From assembly GCF_963853765.1 (NCBI RefSeq), contig NC_088853.1:75702001-75766000 (forward strand): a stretch of 64,000 nucleotides of DNA. The letters are read 5' to 3'. A program made the translations under genes and the position numbers. Under the pieces are notes generated by a model. The model had not been told where the DNA came from and ran no database searches. It saw only the letters and a program-made list of their open reading frames with translations. Positions within the stretch are counted from its first letter, which is position 1; the number at the start of each line of letters is the position of its first letter. This DNA is from Magallana gigas. Its lineage: Eukaryota. Of the stretch, positions 58,948 through 64,000 are shown piece after piece.

Positions 58948-60922
58948 AACAAATGAGGGAATGCCATTTCCTCACCTTTTGGAGTGTCATATGCATTTAA
59001 TGGAGTAGACCTGCATCTTTTCAATGACAAATGAGGGATATCACTATTCAACAAAGTTTGAATATCAATGTGTGGCATTACATAATCTGATGGAATAACA
59101 GCATACTCTTCATAAGTATTATCAATGACAGCTAGTTCATTTTCTATGTTTATACCCTCTGGGATATGGTCAAAATTTAAAGAAATGTTGTCATATATTT
59201 GATTATGTGCCTTTAACCACAACAAGGCTTTTAATAGTTTGTCCTTTCTTACTAGGTGAGTTGGTTTTAAAATGTTGTTATTCTCATATGACACGGTGAT
59301 GACATTTGAATTTTTAAAGGTTTGAGGAAGTACTGAGACTTGATTTTGTAATTCTATTGGAAAATCAATAGCTAGTCCCTTTTCAGCTAATTGTCCACCT
59401 GGTAAAATCACCACTGTCATGAACACTTGAATTTTGCAAAGAAGTCTTTTTTCCATGTAAGTTAGGTTTTTGAGATAAAAGGGGATATTTCCTGGATCTA
59501 AAGCATTTAGTATACTATTGAATGGAGGCATTTCATTTTTTTTAATATGACTATGACAAAATGAACAAACAATGCTGCTAGCATTTATTTTATAAGCTTG
59601 TGTAAGTTGAAAATCATCCTTAAGTCTGTGGACCTGGTCATGATATAAAATTCTATCACAACTTGAACAAACAAAGGAAGGAGTCTGTTTAATTTCTCTG
59701 AAAAAAAATTTCCGAAATTGAATTTTTTGACAGATTTGACATTTGTTCAGAACTATTTTCATTTTCTATTGTGTTAACCTCCACACTCTCAGAAACTAGT
59801 GTGTAGTTTTCATCAAAGTTTGCATTTAGTACAACAAATCTTGGTGAATTTGCAAGCAAACTGGAATTAACAGATGCAAAATTATTGCAAATTCTTTTAT
59901 TTTTACGTGTATCTCCCCTTCTGCTTCCTACGTTTACATTCAGCAGAACAGCAATAACTATGTTCCAATAAAGATCTATTCAAATGATTTTTAATTGTTT
60001 TTCTTGATCAATCCTTTCTTGCTCTAAAGTTACAGCTGTTGTTAAATTCACATTTTGTATGAAATGTTGCAATATTTTTTCACTTTTAAAATAACTTTCA
60101 ACAAAAAATTCTTCACTGGTATATTTTTGCTTTACACTAGAACAATTCAATGTACTTTCACTTTGTGAATAATTTTTGTAGGAATTTAATGAAATGGTAT
60201 CTTCTGTACTGACATTACTTGTACTATAAGTATGTATTGGTGTCTGGTCCATGGTTTCCCCATGACTTCCCACGATTTCGGACTGGTTGTGCTTTAATAA
60301 TGACGGTCTTTGATGGTTGAACAAAACAGGAGAAATGTTATAAACAGATCCTGTGTATTCACTTGTTAAATATGCCAGTAAAGTATGTATATCAGTAAAC
60401 TCTAATAAAACAGCAGTTCCAAACGGATTGTGTTGACCAACGATATTTCTGCTCAAACACAAAATAATGCTCAGTTGTTCTGTTAAAGTTAATTGCAATA
60501 CTCAGCTGTTGGAATGTTGCCAGTAAATGATCTGAAACGTAAAACCCTGTCTCTAAAGCATCCATTAAGTTAGTTGCACCTACATCATGTGCCAGATTAT
60601 TTTCACCCACAACACCAAATAGAATGTCAGGATGTGTTATAGCATCCAATGCGACCCCATCTACCACAACAGTGTTTGGCATTTCATAGTGTGCAAGATA
60701 AACATTATCCCTCTGTCCCAAATCTCTAATTATACTGCCGTAGAGGGCGTCTCCTCGAAATAAAATATTGTCAATATCCGCAGAAGACAAATTGCATGTG
60801 AAATCGTAAGAGAAAAACAATGCTAATGCAAAGAATGCTATTGCAGTGCATTGTGAGCCACCATTAACAAATACAGAACTACCTTGATGCAATGATCCCT
60901 GTATTGTTCTTAAGAGAGACAT
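58948..60922 (-). pseudogene. RepHel N-terminal part: herpes tegument (peptidase C76/BPLF1-like) DUB domain, linker, C4 zinc finger and pre-Rep domain
   Basis: IQGSLHQG...GSQCTAIA...IDNILFRGDALY, then (shifted) RNIVG...GTAVLLEF. VCSSCDRILY...CSFCH; LTYMEKRLL...KGLAIDFP; EEMAFPHLFP at the Polinton junction. Several frameshifts. Confidence 0.8.
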
Positions 60923-61571
60923 TCTAAATAATTTTCTTAAATATTGCTTAGTCTTTTGACAAAAATAAGACTTTTTTTTTAAAATGCACTCCCCTAAAAT
61001 TGAATTTTCACAAGTTCCTACTTACCGTTGACATCTTGATCTTCACTTCGTCGCAGTTCGCGCCTTTCAGCTCTAGCATGTGCTTCTACTAAGTTCTAGA
61101 AATTGTAACGGGTGGTTTCGCTCCCATCACGTGTTCGCACTGAGAGGTTTCGGGCCGAGTGGTTTCGCCCCGTTTTAAAACATAATCATATAATAAAATG
61201 TACAGCTATATATGATCTTACAAATAAACGATCAAAGATTAAGCCGTTGTTTGATCAGTTGTAGTTTATACTACGCATTGGGACGAAATTGCTTGTGACA
61301 AAACATGAACACGGGGCGAAGCTAGCCGTGACCTCAAATTGAATCCCAATCCCGATCAACATTATACGGTGCCAATCGCAACTTCTCGGGCCTTTTCCGC
61401 AGGTTTTTCCGAGGCTGCCGAAAAGGGCCGAGAAGTTGCACGTGCCTTCTGGTGGCATCACATCGTAGCTGGTTGCATCATAACCACCGGGCATGCGCAA
61501 TCTAAATTTTCCCCAGTGCATCCGCTTTAACCTCGCTTATATATTTTCTGCGTGGACCTCAGGGTCCACGC

Positions 61572-64000
61572 AATGAACTTACGAAAATGCTTGGGAGATT
61601 TAACTTTTATTGTCAGCAAGTACCTGTGTTGGGATTTAATTCTGCACGCTATGACCTTAATCTCATTAAGAAAAGTATTGCAAAGCATCTCTGTCTCCAC
61701 GAATCTCAAGGAATAACAATCAAGAAAACAACTTGTACACTTGTTTGAGGTACGATTCCTGGACATAACAAACTTCTTAGCACCTGGTACTTCTTACAGT
61801 AGCTTTCTAAAAGCATATGGAATACCGGAAGCAAAGGGGTTTTTCCTTATGAATATCTAACAGACTTTTCGTGCTGAGAGAGAGCTACCACTTCACAGTG
61901 CTTTTTACAGCTCCTTAAAGCTATGTAACATCACTAATGAAGGAATACAATTTTTGTAAAGACATATGGAAACAAGAGATAATGACCTGTTTGCGAGATT
62001 TTCTAATCTGGTACAACAATTTAGATGTTGCACCATTCGTTAGTGGAGTATTAAGATTACAAGAGTTCTACTTCGGACGGAATATTGACATCTGTAAAAC
62101 CGCCATGTCAGTACCAGGAATTGCTCGTTAATCAGTACGAGTAGACGTTCCGGAGCCTCGTTTTCGTTGTTCGGAGAGGAGGACAAAAACTTATTCTATA
62201 CCGTAAAGAACAACATAATAGGCGGTCCGTCAACTGGCTGAATTGGCTCTCACATAATTCAGGACTGAACATTTAACACAAAATGAACACAGGTCACGAG
62301 AAGCGCATCTGACCATATCCAGTAGACGGTAATTGCAGCGAGACTAAGACTGTTTTCCAGTTCCACGGATGCTATTTTCATGGTCATGAATATGTTCTAA
62401 CCAAATCTATTCGGAATAAAAAGTGGCTAGAAACCAAACACCAAAAATGTCAACGTACAAAGGAAACCACGGACTACATAAAGCAACAGGGGTATCAAGT
62501 CATTGAAATTTGGGAATGTAAATATAAGGAGCTCAAGAAAGAATTTTCTAATCTTCGTACAATAATTGACGACTCTTTACCATCATTTTTGAAAAAGTTT
62601 AAAGGGACTGTCACAGAAAATCAAATTCTTCAAGACATCTATGACGGATCCTTGTTTAGAATGGTGGAAATTGACATCACTACGCCAGAGAAATGTGAGG
62701 ATGATTGGTAACGGCATTTGTCTCCATACGAGCATTTTGAAGAAATGGCGCCGATATTTTGCACTGTGAATAACCCTTTTGACATTATAGGTCAGCACAT
62801 GCAAGAGCACGTTACAAGCAATAATCTGAGCGAAAAACTCCGACGGTTATTAATCGGTGGAATGAGAGCTAGAAAAATACTTATCGCAGTGGTACCTTAG
62901 ACAAGGACTACAAGTCACCAGAATCTATCAGGTTGTAGAGTATGTTCCTATGCGATGCTTCCGAGAATTCGTGCGAGATGTTAGTGCAGCGCGGCGGCTG
63001 AGAGACACGGTTCCGTCGATGAGCGTCATAGCCGACACCCAGAAGTTGATCGGTAACTGCGGATATGGAGGACTAATCATGGACCAATCTAAACACAGAC
63101 ACGTTACCTATGTAAACGGGGCGAATGCAGCAAGTCAGGAAGTGAACAATCCTCCGTTAATGGCAGTGACGGAATTGCAGGACGAAGTGTATGAAGTATA
63201 AAAGGCTAAAAAGATTATTTTTGATTTACCCATTCAGCTAGGTTATTTTATTCTTCAGTACGCCAAGCTCCGGATGCTACAGTTTTATTATGACTTTTTG
63301 GATTCCCATGTGAATAGAAAAGATTTTCAATATTGCGAGATGGAAACGGACAGCGCGTACATGTCTATTTCGGGTAGTAGCTTAGAAGATGTTATAAGAC
63401 CCGAAATGTTGGTCAGCTACAGAAGGGACTCTACGCTTATTGCAGTGACGTGGATATTGAGGCTGATGACAAGTTTCACTGGTTTCCTCGACAATGTTGT
63501 GAAAATCACTAAAAATACGTCAAAAGAACCCCTGGGCTTTTCAAACTTGAGTTTGAGGGTGACGAAATGGTAAGTCTCTGCTCAAAGACCCACCTTGTGA
63601 GTAAAACACAATCCCGCGACATCAGGAAGCAATTGATAGCAGAGCAGATTCTTAGAAGGGCCAACAAATGTAATGTGAAACGGGCTCTTCATTCAATTCC
63701 AAAAACATGCCGCGTAGTGAAATTCAGTTGTAAAGGCGTATCCAAACGCTTTGTGGAATCACCTTTATATACCTTTTAAAGGGTATTGAAGACTAAATAA
63801 CACGGAAATGGTATCACCAAGGTTTTTTGTGCGCGCAATAATGGTGTTTTTACCTACCAACAGGAACGTTGCGGGTTTTCCTACTTTTATTACAAGAGAC
63901 AAGTTCAGTCTAATGGAGTCGATACAAAAGTGCTGGACATTGAGTTGTGCCCAGAAAAAAGGAATACCGACGATGCAAACATTCTATTAGACCTCATGGA
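61572..64000 (+). pseudogene. Outer element: remainder of group-2-type pPolB with VSR-like nuclease insert, decayed
   Basis: QQVPVLGFNSARYDLNLIK, FLDITNFLAPG, WYNNLDVAPF, NIIGGPS, VDG...TVFQFHGCYFHGH...GYQVIEIWEC (VSR-like), KLIGNCGYG, LQYAKLRMLQFYYDF, METDSAY, PGLFKLEF, SCKGVSK. Many stops and shifts; runs to the window edge. Confidence 0.88.

Larger units (their letters stand above)
34443..61571 (-). mobile_element. Helentron/Helitron2-type rolling-circle element (~11.2 kb once the nested Polinton is removed)
   Basis: 5' end (right): 10-bp stem TGCGTGGACC-tcag-GGTCCACGCA (61549-61572). 3' end (left): matching subterminal TACGTGGACC (34455-34464) next to an A run. Inserted in an A/T run. 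Contains RepHel with the Helentron-type RGSPH motif. Excision restores the outer pPolB frame. Confidence 0.8.

Noticed and set aside
61255-61766. Short ORFs around the Helentron 5' end
   Set aside because: They span hairpins or are antisense to the decayed outer pPolB; no coding signal of their own.

Overview
Eukaryotic, AT-rich, transposon-dense window with no recognisable host gene. It is most likely oyster/bivalve DNA, inferred from a Cg170-like ~166-bp satellite and Helentron-derived HINE elements. The dominant structure is a three-level nest. (1) An old, decayed protein-primed DNA polymerase B gene with a VSR-like insert (Polinton group-2 type, + strand) is split into ~33465-34442 and 61572-64000. 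(2) The split is caused by a ~27-kb Helentron/Helitron2-type insertion (~34443-61571, - strand) encoding a herpes-tegument-like deubiquitinase domain, a HUH Rep, a PIF1 helicase and a separate spliced RPA-like OB-fold gene. (3) The Helentron RepHel frame is in turn split by a 15.9-kb Polinton/Maverick (43056-58941; 217-bp identical hairpin-rich TIRs, 6-bp TSD TGTGGA) with integrase, minor and major capsid, protease, ATPase and a pPolB carrying two in-frame GT-AG introns. Removing each insertion restores the frame of the gene it interrupts. The left part holds a Tigger remnant, the 3' end of a Gypsy-like LTR element with an extra C2H2 ORF, Kolobok-like exons, MITEs, HINEs, three partial copies of an intron-rich Crypton-like tyrosine recombinase gene, and a hAT element with a 9-bp TSD. 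All assignments are by eye and motif recognition; no database searches were run.
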